From Spirochaetales bacterium (lineage in GTDB: Bacteria > Spirochaetota > Spirochaetia > DSM-27196 > SLST01), in the NCBI GenBank assembly GCA_007127335.1, contig SKZO01000010.1:35370-99369 (forward strand): DNA of 64,000 nucleotides, written 5' to 3'. The notes below the pieces were generated by a model that was not told the origin of the DNA, searched no databases, and saw only the letters and a list, made by a program, of their open reading frames with translations. The number at the start of each line of letters is the position of its first letter. The first letter of the stretch is position 1. Made by a program: the position numbers and the translations under genes. This document shows, piece after piece, positions 7,851-17,923 of this stretch.

Positions 7851-9392
7851 TTACCGATTGCGAACGTTGTAGAGCACGTGATGGCCCGCAGCGTGGGGCT
7901 GAAAGCCCTCCACGTAGTCACGGGTCGCGGCGAGGTCATCCCGGAAGGCGAGGAACACCCACGGTGCCTCCTCAAAGATGATCTCCTGGGCCCGCATGTA
8001 GGCCGCGCTGCGCTCCTCAGGGATAGGACTGGCCTTTCCCTCGTCGAGAAGCCGGTCGACATCGTCATTGCCCCAGAAGGTGCGGTTGCCGGCATCACCC
8101 CATTCGCTGGAGTGGAAGAGCGAGTAGAGACCGTAGTCCGCATCGCCGGTGACCGCCACCCAGCCGAGCATGAACATGTCATGTTCGCCGCGCGCCGTCC
8201 GGTCGAGGTATGGTGCCCACTCGACGATTTCGATGCTGGCGTTGACGCCTACTGCACGCAGCTGCTCCTGGAAGATCTCCGCGTACATGATGCGTACCGG
8301 GTTATCGTTGGTCCAGATTGAGGTGGAGAAACCGTCCGGGTAGCCTGCCTCGGCCAGCAGTTCGCGTGCCGCGTCAGGATCGTACCCGTACCCGGGGAGA
8401 TCGGTATTTGCAAACTGTACGGTCGGGGCCAGCGGTCCGCGAGCCGCGGTTGCGAAGCCACGGAATGCGACGTTGGTAGCCGCCTCGACGTCGAGGGCGA
8501 GGTTGATGGCCCGTCGTACCCGGACATCGTCAAATGGCTCCTTTTGCGCGTTGAAGCCCATATAGAAGGTCGTCAGTCCCTGCGTCTGGAAGCTGATCAC
8601 GCCCGGGAGGTCGCGCACGGCGTCGAAATCGTTTGGACCGACGTCGTAGATAATGTCCGCTTCGGCTGTTTCCAGAGCAATGGTTCGCTGCGTATCCTCA
8701 GTGATAATGCGGAACCGGATGCGTTCGCTTGCAGCCGGACCGCGGAAATGGTCGTCGAACCGCCTCAGCGTGACCGAATCTCCGGATCGCCACTCCACGA
8801 AGCTGAATGGACCGGTACCCACCGGGTTGCGGGCGTACTCCTCGCCGCCGGCCTCTACCGCGGTACGGTTCAGAATTGCGGTCGCCGGGTGCGCGAGGTG
8901 TGTGATAAACGGTCCAAAGGGAAACGAGAGATGCATCGTGAAGGTGTAGGTGTCGGTCACCTCAACTCGATCAAGGGCCGCAACGAGGAAGGCGGCCGGT
9001 GCGTTGATCTCGCGCATCCGTTCAAAGGTGAACTGAACGTCGCTCGCGGTCAGTTCCTCACCGTTGTGGAACTTGACGCCCTGCCGGAGCGTGAACGCAA
9101 ACTCCGTTTCGCTGATGATATCGTAGCTCTCCACGAGACCATTGGTGGTGATCTCGAGATCCGGCGTCTGGTAGAGCAGAGTGTCGTAGATCTGCTTCAT
9201 AACCCGCGCCGAGGGCTGATCGTTGGTGCGCTGCGGATCAAGCGACCGGGGATCCCCGGGCATGCCGACGACGAGCGTTCCGACGTCCTGGCTCTTGCCT
9301 GCCGCCGCTTCCTGCGTGCCTGCGGAGACAAACAGCACGAAGGCGACTGCTACCAGAGTGAGTAACAGTCCGACTTTCTTGGCGTGTTTCAT
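7851..9392 (-). CDS. ABC transporter substrate-binding protein, family 5 (OppA/DppA-like), secreted
   Basis: The start is refined to ATG 9392, with AAGGAG 5 nt upstream. The signal peptide is MKHAKKVGLLLTLVAVAFVLFVSAG. The body has typical family-5 segments (LVVGMPGDPRSLDP, YDTLL, GTGPF.F.EW). Confidence 0.9.
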   Translation of the reverse strand: MKHAKKVGLLLTLVAVAFVLFVSAGTQEAAAGKSQDVGTLVVGMPGDPRSLDPQRTNDQPSARVMKQIYDTLLYQTPDLEITTNGLVESYDIISETEFAFTLRQGVKFHNGEELTASDVQFTFERMREINAPAAFLVAALDRVEVTDTYTFTMHLSFPFGPFITHLAHPATAILNRTAVEAGGEEYARNPVGTGPFSFVEWRSGDSVTLRRFDDHFRGPAASERIRFRIITEDTQRTIALETAEADIIYDVGPNDFDAVRDLPGVISFQTQGLTTFYMGFNAQKEPFDDVRVRRAINLALDVEAATNVAFRGFATAARGPLAPTVQFANTDLPGYGYDPDAARELLAEAGYPDGFSTSIWTNDNPVRIMYAEIFQEQLRAVGVNASIEIVEWAPYLDRTARGEHDMFMLGWVAVTGDADYGLYSLFHSSEWGDAGNRTFWGNDDVDRLLDEGKASPIPEERSAAYMRAQEIIFEEAPWVFLAFRDDLAATRDYVEGFQPHAAGHHVLYNVRNR

Positions 9393-9435
9393 AGGAACTC
9401 CTTTCGTTCTGAAACAGTGTGGATGATGATCAGGG

Positions 9436-9464
9436 ATAATACCGCTCGTGCGGAAGTCGGTCAA
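9436..9464 (-). promoter_or_regulatory. sigma70-type promoter of the peptide ABC operon
   Basis: The minus strand reads TTGACC (9464..9459), a 17-nt spacer, then TATTAT (9441..9436). This lies about 45 nt upstream of the oppA-like ATG. Confidence 0.55.
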
Positions 9465-9528
9465 GATTGGTTCCACCGGGTCACCCGAGTGATTGCCCGT
9501 GGCGGGCATCCCGGCTACAGTAGCGGGC

Positions 9529-10857
9529 ATGAGCGACACCAAGCCCACCCTCCCGAAGGGTTTCTACCGGATTACCGTACTGATCGGTCTCGGGTTCTTC
9601 ACGATGGGTCTGATGGACCCGCTCTACGATACCTACGTGCCGATCTTCCTGCAGGACTTCGTCTCGTCGCGGTTTGTGATCGGTGCGATCATGACGCTCG
9701 ACAACCTTCTCGCGCTCTTCCTGATACCAATCGTGTCGAACCTGTCCGACAACACGAACACCAGGATAGGCAGGCGCATGCCGTGGATCCTGGCGACCGT
9801 GCCGTTGTCCGGCATCTTCTTCGCGCTGCTGCCCTACGGCGGACTCCCGTCGGGCAGTCTGGTTCTGATCATCGTGCTCATTTTCGTGCTGAACCTCGCG
9901 AAGCAGGCCGCGCGCGGACCGGTGGTCGCCCTCATGCCGGACACGATCCCCGGTGAGTTTCGAAGCGAAGCGAACGGGGTGATCAACACGATGGGAGCGA
10001 TCGCCGCGATCGTCGGCACGATCGTACTCGCCCCCCTCATGGATGTCCAGCTCACCCTTCCACTGATCGGTGAGACCCAGCGACGCCTTCCGTTCCTGAT
10101 CTCCGGTCTGCTCGTGATCGTCGCGACGGTCCTGCTTTTCTCCTTCGTGCGGGAGAGCGCCGCCGCCCGGGAGAAGCGCGAACGGACGAAGCTCCGCGCA
10201 TCACTGAAGCTCGTTTTTGGAGGGCGTGACCGCAGCGCGATGCTGATACTCCTGTCGCTCTTTTTCTGGTTTCTCGGGTACCAGGGCGTCCTGCCCTTCA
10301 TGGGCATCTACAGCCGCGAGGTACTCGGGGTCAGCGAGGGACTCGCCGGTCTGTCACCGGGAGCGGTCGCGATCGGATACCTGCTGCTCGCGATCCCGTC
10401 AGGAATCATCGCGCACCGGTTCGGGCGTCGGCGGGTCATCCGGTTCTGCCTCGTCGGCATCGTCGCTGCATTGCTGCTGATGTTCGCGCACGACCCGCTG
10501 ATGAGGATGGTCGGCCTTCCGGCGCAGACCGCATGGGTCGTCTTCCTGTTCATCCTTTTCTGTTTCGGGATGATGTGGGGATCCGTGATCACGAACTCGT
10601 TCCCCATGCTCTGGCAGATGGCAACGTTCAGCAACATGGGTATCTACACGGGTCTGTACTACTTCTTCAGTCAGGGCGCGGCAATCACGTCGCCGCCTCT
10701 GAGCGGAGCGGTCATCGACCTCTTCACATTCGGTTTCGGCGGCACGGTCGGGCTGCGCATGATTTTCGTCTACTCGGCCGTCATGATGGCAATCGCCTTC
10801 CTGATCATGGGCCGCGTCACCGGCGGTGAGACGGATTCGGCGGCGGCCGAGGCGTAG
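9529..10857 (+). CDS. MFS transporter (GPH/SLC45-like by impression)
   Basis: About 12 hydrophobic segments are present. The N-terminus FYRITVLIGLGFFTMGLMDPLYDTYVPIFL and the loop SDNTNTRIGRRMPW resemble sugar-cation symporter MFS proteins. ATG 9529 is preferred over TTG 9493. Confidence 0.8.
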   Translation: MSDTKPTLPKGFYRITVLIGLGFFTMGLMDPLYDTYVPIFLQDFVSSRFVIGAIMTLDNLLALFLIPIVSNLSDNTNTRIGRRMPWILATVPLSGIFFALLPYGGLPSGSLVLIIVLIFVLNLAKQAARGPVVALMPDTIPGEFRSEANGVINTMGAIAAIVGTIVLAPLMDVQLTLPLIGETQRRLPFLISGLLVIVATVLLFSFVRESAAAREKRERTKLRASLKLVFGGRDRSAMLILLSLFFWFLGYQGVLPFMGIYSREVLGVSEGLAGLSPGAVAIGYLLLAIPSGIIAHRFGRRRVIRFCLVGIVAALLLMFAHDPLMRMVGLPAQTAWVVFLFILFCFGMMWGSVITNSFPMLWQMATFSNMGIYTGLYYFFSQGAAITSPPLSGAVIDLFTFGFGGTVGLRMIFVYSAVMMAIAFLIMGRVTGGETDSAAAEA

Positions 10858-10865
10858 GAGGCCGA

Positions 10866-11639
10866 ATGCGGTTGCGGGTGATGACGTTCAACCTGCGCTA
10901 TGACAACGAAGCCGACGGCGGGAATCGCTGGCAGGACCGACGCGACACCGCGGCTGCCGCCGTGCGGGAGGTTGGCGCCCACGTGGTGTGCACGCAGGAA
11001 GGGCTCGCGCACATGCTCTCGTACCTCCAGGACGTGCTGCCCGAATACTCGATGGTCGGTCGTGGCCGCGATGCCGACGGCGGCGGCGAGCACAGCGCGA
11101 TCTTCTTTCGCCCGGACCGCTTTGAGGCGACCGCGGTCGAAACGTTCTGGTTTTCGACCGAGCCGGGCGTACCGGGCAGCCGTTCGTGGGGAGCCGTACT
11201 GCCGCGGATCTGCACCTGGTGCCGACTGGTGTCCCGCGAGACGGGCGAGACGGTACGGGTCTACAATGTGCATCTCGACAACCGCAGCGAAGAAGCCCGG
11301 CGACGGAGCGTGGAGATGCTGGTGGCGCATGTGGCCGGGGCAGACGAACCGACCATCGTCTGCGGTGACTTCAACGCGGAGCCTCTGACGGTAGAGATGC
11401 GACTGCTGTGTTCGCAGGCCGCCGCTCGGGGCGGGCGGGGTCTTCTCGGGTGTACCAGCCTCAGCCGCGGCACATTTCACGGTTTCACCGGGACTCCTGC
11501 GAATGCCGGTCCCATCGACTACATCCTTTCGACGCCCGACCTCTCGGTCTCCGGGCGCAACGTGCTCGACCGCCGGTTCGACGGGAGGTGGCCGTCCGAC
11601 CACTTCCCGGTCTGGGCCGACGTTACGGTGCCCGGGTGA
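10866..11639 (+). CDS. endonuclease/exonuclease/phosphatase (EEP) family protein
   Basis: It carries the EEP landmarks MTFNLRYDN, CTQE, VHLDN, GDFN and SDHFPV. Confidence 0.85.
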   Translation: MRLRVMTFNLRYDNEADGGNRWQDRRDTAAAAVREVGAHVVCTQEGLAHMLSYLQDVLPEYSMVGRGRDADGGGEHSAIFFRPDRFEATAVETFWFSTEPGVPGSRSWGAVLPRICTWCRLVSRETGETVRVYNVHLDNRSEEARRRSVEMLVAHVAGADEPTIVCGDFNAEPLTVEMRLLCSQAAARGGRGLLGCTSLSRGTFHGFTGTPANAGPIDYILSTPDLSVSGRNVLDRRFDGRWPSDHFPVWADVTVPG

Positions 11640-11652
11640 TGGTGTCTGTCCG

Positions 11653-12744
11653 CTATCCGTCGGCGGTACCGGCGCTGCCCCGCCACGTGTCGAGATGCTC
11701 TCGCACGAAATCGTCGTCGGTGAGGTGCGGATAGGCGCGGCGCACGCGCGCGATCTCCTCCGCCTGCCCCGGACTCAGTCGCTCCTGCGGGTCGAGACAG
11801 TGTGGCGACTGCAGCAGCCCCTGCCCCTGCAGCACGGTGTGCACGCCGGGCAGGCATCCGGCGAACCCGTTGGCAGCGTCGAAGACCGCGCCGTTCATGT
11901 CCGTGACCTCCGCCGCGCGCGCGAGCACCTCCGTCGTCAACGGCGCGCGCCCGCCCGCTATCTCCCGGCACGCATGAAAGATCTCGACCGCACGTTTGGT
12001 CCAGACCCCCCAGTGCCCGAGCAGTCCTCCGACGATCCGAATCGGTTCCAGATTGGAGGGTCCATCAAAACGGAAGGGCGTGAGGAGGTCGGTGACGATC
12101 GAGTCGTCGTTTCCGGTGTAGAGGGCGAGCTCAGGAGCGCGACCACCGTCCGCAACGCCTCGGATCACCTCGAGCGTCGCGTACCGGTCGAAGGGTGCGA
12201 TCTTGATGCCCCACGTGTTCTCTACCCGTGCAAACCGACGCCAGAACTCGTACGGCAGCCGCCGTCCGCCCACCGCCGTCTGGAGGTAGAATCCCACGAC
12301 CGGTATCTCCCGGGCGACGGCACGGACGTGATCGATCATCTCGTCGATCGAGGCGAGCGGTAACGCGGCAAGGCTCAGGAGCCCCGCATCGTAACCGAGC
12401 GACCGCGCGAGACGTGCCTCACTCGTCGCCTGCTCGGTCGTTCCGCACACCCCGGCCATCATGACGACGGCAGCGTTCCTGTGCCCGGCCCATACTGAGG
12501 TCTGCTCCATCGCGAAGGCGAGCACCTCCCGGAAGAACCCGGGAGTATCGCGGATCGCGAACTGCGTTGCGTGCACGCCCACGGCGATGCCACCGGCACC
12601 GGCGTCGACGTAGTACCGAAGCAGGGCTCGCTGGCTGACAGGATCAAAGGTTCTCTCCGGGCTCAGCGCGAGCGGCATCGCCGGGATCACGAGACCGGAG
12701 TGGAACCGCGTCCGGGCCTCACTCTCCCCCATTTGAGGCGCCAT
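11653..12744 (-). CDS. DHDPS/NAL-family (class I aldolase)-like protein
   Basis: The start is refined to ATG 12744, which forms an ATGA overlap with the upstream stop. It shows TIM-barrel aldolase-like segments (GGIAVGVHATQF, WGIKIAP with a candidate Schiff-base Lys). The family assignment is by impression. Confidence 0.65.
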   Translation of the reverse strand: MAPQMGESEARTRFHSGLVIPAMPLALSPERTFDPVSQRALLRYYVDAGAGGIAVGVHATQFAIRDTPGFFREVLAFAMEQTSVWAGHRNAAVVMMAGVCGTTEQATSEARLARSLGYDAGLLSLAALPLASIDEMIDHVRAVAREIPVVGFYLQTAVGGRRLPYEFWRRFARVENTWGIKIAPFDRYATLEVIRGVADGGRAPELALYTGNDDSIVTDLLTPFRFDGPSNLEPIRIVGGLLGHWGVWTKRAVEIFHACREIAGGRAPLTTEVLARAAEVTDMNGAVFDAANGFAGCLPGVHTVLQGQGLLQSPHCLDPQERLSPGQAEEIARVRRAYPHLTDDDFVREHLDTWRGSAGTADG

Positions 12745-13778
12745 CAGTACCGCCCGTCCCGCACTTCCCAGTGCGTGGGTCTGCCGAGCCCGCGACCGCC
12801 ACAGGAGACCCAATGCGCCGTCCACCGGATCATGCGGTCAAGCGAAACTTCGGGGTATCCGAACAGGCGTGCCGCCAGACTCGCGTTGCCGAGAAGCGCG
12901 TCCGGGGCGCTCTCGTTCACGAACACCGGCTCGCGGTCGAACAGCCCCGCGAGTCGTTCGGCGAGAACGCGGATAGAGACCGTCTCCGGACCCGCCACCA
13001 CGATCGGCCGTGCCGGTATCCCGGTGTAATCCAGTGCCCGCAGCGACTGGTCGACCGCATCTCCCTGCCACATCACGTTTACGCAGCCCATCGACAGATC
13101 AACGGGGCGGCCCTCCATGACGGCATCAGCGACGTCGCGGATCACGCCGTAGCGCAGATCGTTGGCATAGAAGAGCCTGACAAGACAGACCGGCGTGGAG
13201 AATCTTTGCGAAGCCCATTGAAAAAGGCGTTCGCGCGCGACCGCCGCGTTCGCGTACTCTCCGCGCGGTTCGGTGGCGCAGGACTCCGTTGCTCCGCCCG
13301 TTGCGAGCGGAGACAGCTCGTACACCGAACCGGTCGACAGCGCGACGATCGGCCTGCCGGAATACCTGCGGCACACGTGCACGGGCGGCAGCGTATTCGT
13401 GGCCCAGGTCAGTGCTTCGTTACCGGTCGTACCGAACTTGCGGCCCACGAGGTACACAACGTAGTCAGCATCCGCAAGCGCGTCGACCTGGGAGCCATCC
13501 AGGACATCCGCGGCGCTCGTCGCAATCCCGTGGCGCTCGAGCTCAGCCTGCCGGGACGAATCGGAGAAGCGGGAGACGGCCGTCACACGGGCATCGGCGC
13601 CTGCCTCACGAATCGCACGGCTGAGCCGCACCGCGAAGGTCATGCCCATCTTTCCCCCGGCACCGATCATCGTAACCGTACCCCTGAGCCGGCCGGCAAG
13701 AGCAACGAGCCCGGACGACGGTCGCGTCAACAGGTCGTCGAGCTGTTCTTCAGTTTCAATGCGATCAGGCAGACTCAC
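12744..13778 (-). CDS. NAD-dependent epimerase/dehydratase family protein
   Basis: The start is refined to GTG 13778, preceded by AAAGGAGGG at a 6-nt spacing. The Rossmann motif is MIGAGGKMG, and the body is SDR-extended-like. Confidence 0.75.
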   Translation of the reverse strand: MSLPDRIETEEQLDDLLTRPSSGLVALAGRLRGTVTMIGAGGKMGMTFAVRLSRAIREAGADARVTAVSRFSDSSRQAELERHGIATSAADVLDGSQVDALADADYVVYLVGRKFGTTGNEALTWATNTLPPVHVCRRYSGRPIVALSTGSVYELSPLATGGATESCATEPRGEYANAAVARERLFQWASQRFSTPVCLVRLFYANDLRYGVIRDVADAVMEGRPVDLSMGCVNVMWQGDAVDQSLRALDYTGIPARPIVVAGPETVSIRVLAERLAGLFDREPVFVNESAPDALLGNASLAARLFGYPEVSLDRMIRWTAHWVSCGGRGLGRPTHWEVRDGRY

Positions 13779-15099
13779 GCGATCCCTCCTTTCGAGCTCG
13801 TGCCGATCGCCTCGACCATGCGCGCCGGACGAATCCGTCAAGTCCGGCGAACACCAGCGAAAGCCCGATTGCGCCGGCGAAGACGATGAGCATGGAAACG
13901 AGCGACTCCATGAGATCGGGTGCGAAAAGCAGCACGAGCCCGAGCGCGATCATGATCGTACCGCCGAGCAGCTTGAGCGCTCGTCCGCCGCGCTCGGTGA
14001 TGACAGCGCGTCGGAAGGTGATCGTGGCTCCTGCAACAAGGATCAGCTCGATCAGGAGGTAGATCGCGATATAGAGGAGGACGAGAAGCGCGAAAAAGCC
14101 CACCGGAACCGCGGCGGCGACGACGAGGTTGGACCAGACGACGGGGAGACCGGCGGTGCACGGCAGCTCGATGATCGCGATCCCGGCCGCGAGTCCCGCC
14201 GTTGTGAGGACCAGCATGCCCGGCGACTGGGTGCTGCGACTCAGCGAAGAGAACCGCTTCGCGATCGTGCTCTTCCGTTCGTCGGAGATCGTGAGCGAGA
14301 CGCCGCGCTTGAAGGCGAAGTAGTCCTTGATGTTGATCGCACCCATCGCCAGCGCGAGCACGACGACCACGATACGGATCCAGGGAACATGCGCGAGCAG
14401 GGCCATCGCCTGGACCACGCCCACGATGAAAAGACCGTAGATCGACGCGGTAACGAAGAGGAACACCGATCCTACGAGGAGGACCCGTTTGCGGGAACCG
14501 GTGTGCATCACCATTGCAAGCAGAAAGGTCAGGACCCAGAGCGAGCACGGGTTGAACCCGTCGAGAAAGGCGATCATCGCCGTACTCACCACGATCGGCA
14601 ATTCTTCGGCAGAGACGCCAAAGAGGCGCGGAACGTCGGCTCCACCCGCCGGAGCCGCTGTGGCGTCGGGCTCGGGGGCATCCCCATCGAGCCTGGTCGC
14701 TACCAGGTCGAACGTGTCCGGGCACCCTTCTTCGGCGCATCGGGCCGCCTCTTCCCTGATCTGGCGGACGCTCGTCTCACCGTACCCGATCCAGGCCCGC
14801 GCTCCCATGAAGACCGCAGGGACGGACAACCGGTCGATGTCGAACGCACGAGCGGCGTCAAGCAGCATCGCCCGGTACTCCGGAAACTCGCCGACTTCAA
14901 GCGTGCGCACCGTGAGTTGCGGGTGCGATTCGGCGATGTCGTCGATCACCGGCTTCATGCGCGCGCAGGCAGGGCACCCCTCCTGGACGAAAAAATAGAG
15001 CGTGGCAGGCTGTGGCTCCTCTGCTCTCGCCGCGGGCACACCCGAACACAGGAGTGCTATCACGAGTACCGTTGCCGCTCTGGTGCCCTTTCGACTCAT
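13765..15099 (-). CDS. periplasmic thioredoxin-fold domain (CPAC) fused to a CcdA/DsbD-like thiol:disulfide membrane domain
   Basis: The start is refined to ATG 15099 (ATGA overlap with the upstream stop). The signal peptide is MSRKGTRAATVLVIALLCSGVPAARA. A redox motif EGCPAC is followed by a multi-TM domain with membrane-embedded Cys motifs GFNPCSLW and ELPCTAG. Confidence 0.7.
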   Translation of the reverse strand: MSRKGTRAATVLVIALLCSGVPAARAEEPQPATLYFFVQEGCPACARMKPVIDDIAESHPQLTVRTLEVGEFPEYRAMLLDAARAFDIDRLSVPAVFMGARAWIGYGETSVRQIREEAARCAEEGCPDTFDLVATRLDGDAPEPDATAAPAGGADVPRLFGVSAEELPIVVSTAMIAFLDGFNPCSLWVLTFLLAMVMHTGSRKRVLLVGSVFLFVTASIYGLFIVGVVQAMALLAHVPWIRIVVVVLALAMGAINIKDYFAFKRGVSLTISDERKSTIAKRFSSLSRSTQSPGMLVLTTAGLAAGIAIIELPCTAGLPVVWSNLVVAAAVPVGFFALLVLLYIAIYLLIELILVAGATITFRRAVITERGGRALKLLGGTIMIALGLVLLFAPDLMESLVSMLIVFAGAIGLSLVFAGLDGFVRRAWSRRSARARKEGSRESA

Positions 15100-16328
15100 C
15101 GCACCACCGCCTGATAGACGCTCGTCGCGATGTCGTCGGACAGTTCGGCCGTGTAGGGAACCACCTGCTGCAGGACAAGCCCCACGAGTCGTTCGACCGG
15201 GTCGACCCAGACGCCGGTACTCGCGGCGCCTCCCCACCCGTACCGCCCGAGTGAGGCGTACCCTGCGAACTGCCTCAGGTCGGTCACCACCGAACCCCCG
15301 TATCCGAAACCGACCCCCGGGTTCGACCAGCCCGCGACTCCGCGGGGGAGGTGGTCGCGCATCATCATCCGTACCGTCGCCGGGGCGAGCAGGTAGTCGC
15401 CCGGACGACCGTCCGCGTCGGTTGCGCGTCCGCCGTCAAGGAGCATCTGCGCGAACGCAAGGTAGTCGGCCGCGGTGCTGACGAGCCCGCCTCCTCCATT
15501 CGGATGCGCGTTTGTCTGAACGAAGGAAAGGATCGGCGGATCCGGCGAGGGTTCGAGCCCGTTCTCCGACGGCGTGTAGACCGACGCAAGCCGATCGCGG
15601 TCCGCCTCAGGAACGGTGAAACAGGTATTGCTCATGCCAAGCGGGCCAAAGAGGCGTTGCTCGAGAAAGTCGGCAAAGGGAATGCCGGCTACTTCCTCCA
15701 CCAGCGCGCCGAGCAGGTCGGTCGCGATGCTGTATCGCCAGTGCGTCCCCGGTTGGTGGACGAGCGGCCATTCGGCGACGAGCCGCGCGAGGTCTCGGAG
15801 TGTCAGATCGCGCTCATCTGCGACAGGACCCCAGATGTCCGACTCGAAGCGCCTCTCAACCGGATGCTCGTCGCCGATTCCGTAGGCCAGGCCCGCGGTG
15901 TGCGTCAGCAGATCCAGCACGGTAATCTGCCTGGCCGCCGGTTCCGTGGAGAATGGCGGCTCATCGCCGCCCACGTAGACCATCATCTCCCGGTATTCGG
16001 GGAAGAACCGAGAGACCGGATCCTGGAGCCTGATCGCCGTCTCTTCGACGAGCATCATCACGGCGACAGTCGTGATGGGCTTGGTCATCGAGTAGATCCG
16101 AAAGAGCGTGTGTGCATCCATCGGACTGCCGGATGCGAGGTCGCGGTACCCGCGTGCATCAAACCAGGCGAGCGAGCCGTCGCGGACCACTGCAGTGAGC
16201 GTTCCGGCGGTCCTGCCGGCATCGAGGGCGCGGTCGGTGACCCTTGAGATCCGCTCGAGACGTGCAGGGTCGAATCCGAGCTCCTGTGGCGATCCACGGC
16301 GAAATCGCTGCGGCCCACTACCCTTCAT
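15096..16328 (-). CDS. serine hydrolase, class C beta-lactamase/PBP4*-like family
   Basis: The SxxK motif is in RIYSMTKPIT. Typical family segments include LLTHTAGL and GGGGLVSTAADY. Confidence 0.85.
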   Translation of the reverse strand: MKGSGPQRFRRGSPQELGFDPARLERISRVTDRALDAGRTAGTLTAVVRDGSLAWFDARGYRDLASGSPMDAHTLFRIYSMTKPITTVAVMMLVEETAIRLQDPVSRFFPEYREMMVYVGGDEPPFSTEPAARQITVLDLLTHTAGLAYGIGDEHPVERRFESDIWGPVADERDLTLRDLARLVAEWPLVHQPGTHWRYSIATDLLGALVEEVAGIPFADFLEQRLFGPLGMSNTCFTVPEADRDRLASVYTPSENGLEPSPDPPILSFVQTNAHPNGGGGLVSTAADYLAFAQMLLDGGRATDADGRPGDYLLAPATVRMMMRDHLPRGVAGWSNPGVGFGYGGSVVTDLRQFAGYASLGRYGWGGAASTGVWVDPVERLVGLVLQQVVPYTAELSDDIATSVYQAVVR

Positions 16329-16339
16329 GGCCCCTCCTT

Positions 16340-17554
16340 TCAGCCGACGAGATTCCCGTAGAACATGCCGGCCGCCGTTGAAAGGACGATGACCAGCATG
16401 ACGTAGGCGGCCGTCTTCCTGGATCCGAGCTCACCCCAGATCACCAGCAGCGACGGCAGCGATAGCGATGGGCCTGCGAGCAGTAAGGCCAGTGCCGGCC
16501 CCTGGTTCATCCCGGCGCCTAACAGCCCTTGCATGATGGGCACTTCGGTGAGGGTCGCGAAGTACATCAGGGTGCCGGCCGCGGAGGCGACGAGATTGCT
16601 TGCGAACGAGTTCGTTCCTACCAGACCCGCGATCCACTCTGCCGGAATGAGTGCTGTCTGTCCAGCACGCCCAAGCAGAAACCCCGCGACAAGCACCCCG
16701 GCGAAGAGGAGAGGCACGATCTGGACCGCGAAGTCACGGGTAGCGCGAACCCAGTCGCGGATCTCGGCGCGGGTGAACCAGCGCACGACTCCGTAGACGA
16801 GGAGCGCGGCCCATCCCGCGACGATCGCCCAACGCCACGCATACACTGCGTCCCACCAACCCACCGATCCTGCGCTGGGCGCCCAGTTCATGAACACAAG
16901 GATACCAACCATCGACGCCATGAGCAGGACTGTGTGTCCCGGGGCGTGCGACGCCTCATCGTCCGTGGCCCGGAACATCTGCGCATTGGTTGTTCGTTCC
17001 CGGTCTTCACGCAGGAAGAGGAGCTGCATCACCAGACCGGTCACAAAGGCGAAAAGCACCGCACCGACCGCCCGAGCGACGCCGAGCTGCAAGCCCAGCA
17101 CGCGGGCCGTGAGGATGATCGCGAGGATGTTGATCGCAGGGCCCGAATAGAGGAAGCTCACTGCCGGCCCGAGTCCCGCGCCTTTCTTGTAGATGCCCTT
17201 GAACAGGGGAAGTACCGTACACGAACAGACGGCAAGAACGGCGCCTGACACGGACGCGACGCTGTAGGCGACGAGTTTTGGGGCTTCCGGACCAAGATAC
17301 CTGATCACCGACTGTTGATTCAGAAACACGGTGATCGAACCGGCGATGAAGAAAGCCGGGATGAGGCAGAGCAGCACGTGCTCGCGGGCGTACTCACCGA
17401 GCATGAGCACCGCTTCGCTTACCGCCGCACGCACCCGCGGCTCCGACCACGGTGTGAGGACGACGAAGAGAAAGACGACCGCCATCACCGTGAGACGGCG
17501 GTTGCGCGGATCGCTCCGGAACCGAGCCGCGAGGCTCCCACCGTCACATCTCAC
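16340..17554 (-). CDS. ArsP-family ('predicted permease', two-repeat) membrane protein
   Basis: About 8-10 TM segments are present. The motifs AVCSCTVLPLF (vicinal CxC), GAGLGPAVSFLYSGPAINI and the C-terminal repeat GPALALLLAGPSLSLPS match the permease family that includes the methylarsenite efflux protein ArsP. GTG 17554 overlaps the upstream stop (GTGA). Confidence 0.8.
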   Translation of the reverse strand: MRCDGGSLAARFRSDPRNRRLTVMAVVFLFVVLTPWSEPRVRAAVSEAVLMLGEYAREHVLLCLIPAFFIAGSITVFLNQQSVIRYLGPEAPKLVAYSVASVSGAVLAVCSCTVLPLFKGIYKKGAGLGPAVSFLYSGPAINILAIILTARVLGLQLGVARAVGAVLFAFVTGLVMQLLFLREDRERTTNAQMFRATDDEASHAPGHTVLLMASMVGILVFMNWAPSAGSVGWWDAVYAWRWAIVAGWAALLVYGVVRWFTRAEIRDWVRATRDFAVQIVPLLFAGVLVAGFLLGRAGQTALIPAEWIAGLVGTNSFASNLVASAAGTLMYFATLTEVPIMQGLLGAGMNQGPALALLLAGPSLSLPSLLVIWGELGSRKTAAYVMLVIVLSTAAGMFYGNLVG

Positions 17555-17793
17555 GCTGAATACGCCTTGATACTCGCCTCGATCTCGTCCGCGGTGGAGA
17601 TCCTGCCCGAGTTCTGCACGATGCCGTCGATCGCGTACCCCGGTGTGCGCAGGACGCCCATTTCGACGATGCGGTCCATGTCCGTGACCTTCTCGATCTG
17701 CGCCTCGATCCCAAGGCGCGCGACGGCCTCACGCGCGTTCTTCTCGAGATTGCGGCAGTTCGGACACCCGGGTCCGAGAATCTGAATCGTCAT
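17551..17793 (-). CDS. small thioredoxin-fold protein ('redox-active disulfide protein 2' type)
   Basis: The start is refined to ATG 17793, with GGGAGG 4 nt upstream. MTIQILGPGCPNCRNLE carries the CxxC motif. The size is about 80 aa, and the protein type is classically paired with the permease above and ArsR. Confidence 0.85.
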   Translation of the reverse strand: MTIQILGPGCPNCRNLEKNAREAVARLGIEAQIEKVTDMDRIVEMGVLRTPGYAIDGIVQNSGRISTADEIEASIKAYSA

Positions 17794-17828
17794 GGTTCCT
17801 CCCATTTTGTGGTTATTTGGTTATATGC

Positions 17829-17857
17829 ACAATAACGAGAAGTTGCAAACCGGTCAA
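17829..17857 (-). promoter_or_regulatory. sigma70-type promoter of the thioredoxin/permease operon
   Basis: The minus strand reads TTGACC (17857..17852), a 17-nt spacer, then TATTGT (17834..17829). This lies about 36 nt upstream of ATG 17793. Confidence 0.5.
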
Positions 17858-17868
17858 CCGGCTCATCA

Positions 17869-17904
17869 TCTTGACCCGTGTCTTGACCCGTGTCTTGACC
17901 CGTC
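17869..17904. repeat. three tandem copies of a 12-mer (TCTTGACCCGTG x2, then TCTTGACCCGTC), each containing a -35-like TTGACC
   Basis: The copies were read directly at 17869-17880, 17881-17892 and 17893-17904. They lie in the divergent arsR/thioredoxin intergenic region. Confidence 0.9.
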
Positions 17905-17923
17905 GGGGCGTTATTGGCAATAT

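Noticed and set aside
13642-15114. A 490-aa plus-strand ORF, together with 13838..14740 on the minus strand in another frame.
   Set aside because: Both overlap the Trx-CcdA-like gene. Only the chosen minus frame gives a signal peptide, a CPAC motif and coherent TM helices. The plus-strand translation is Arg/Asp/Glu/His-rich low complexity.
17869-17904. Tandem 12-mers at 17869-17904 and 30202-30225 considered as CRISPR or other repeat arrays.
   Set aside because: The repeats are contiguous with no spacers, are only 12 bp long, occur in only 2-3 copies and have no cas genes nearby. They are better explained as promoter-region tandem duplications.
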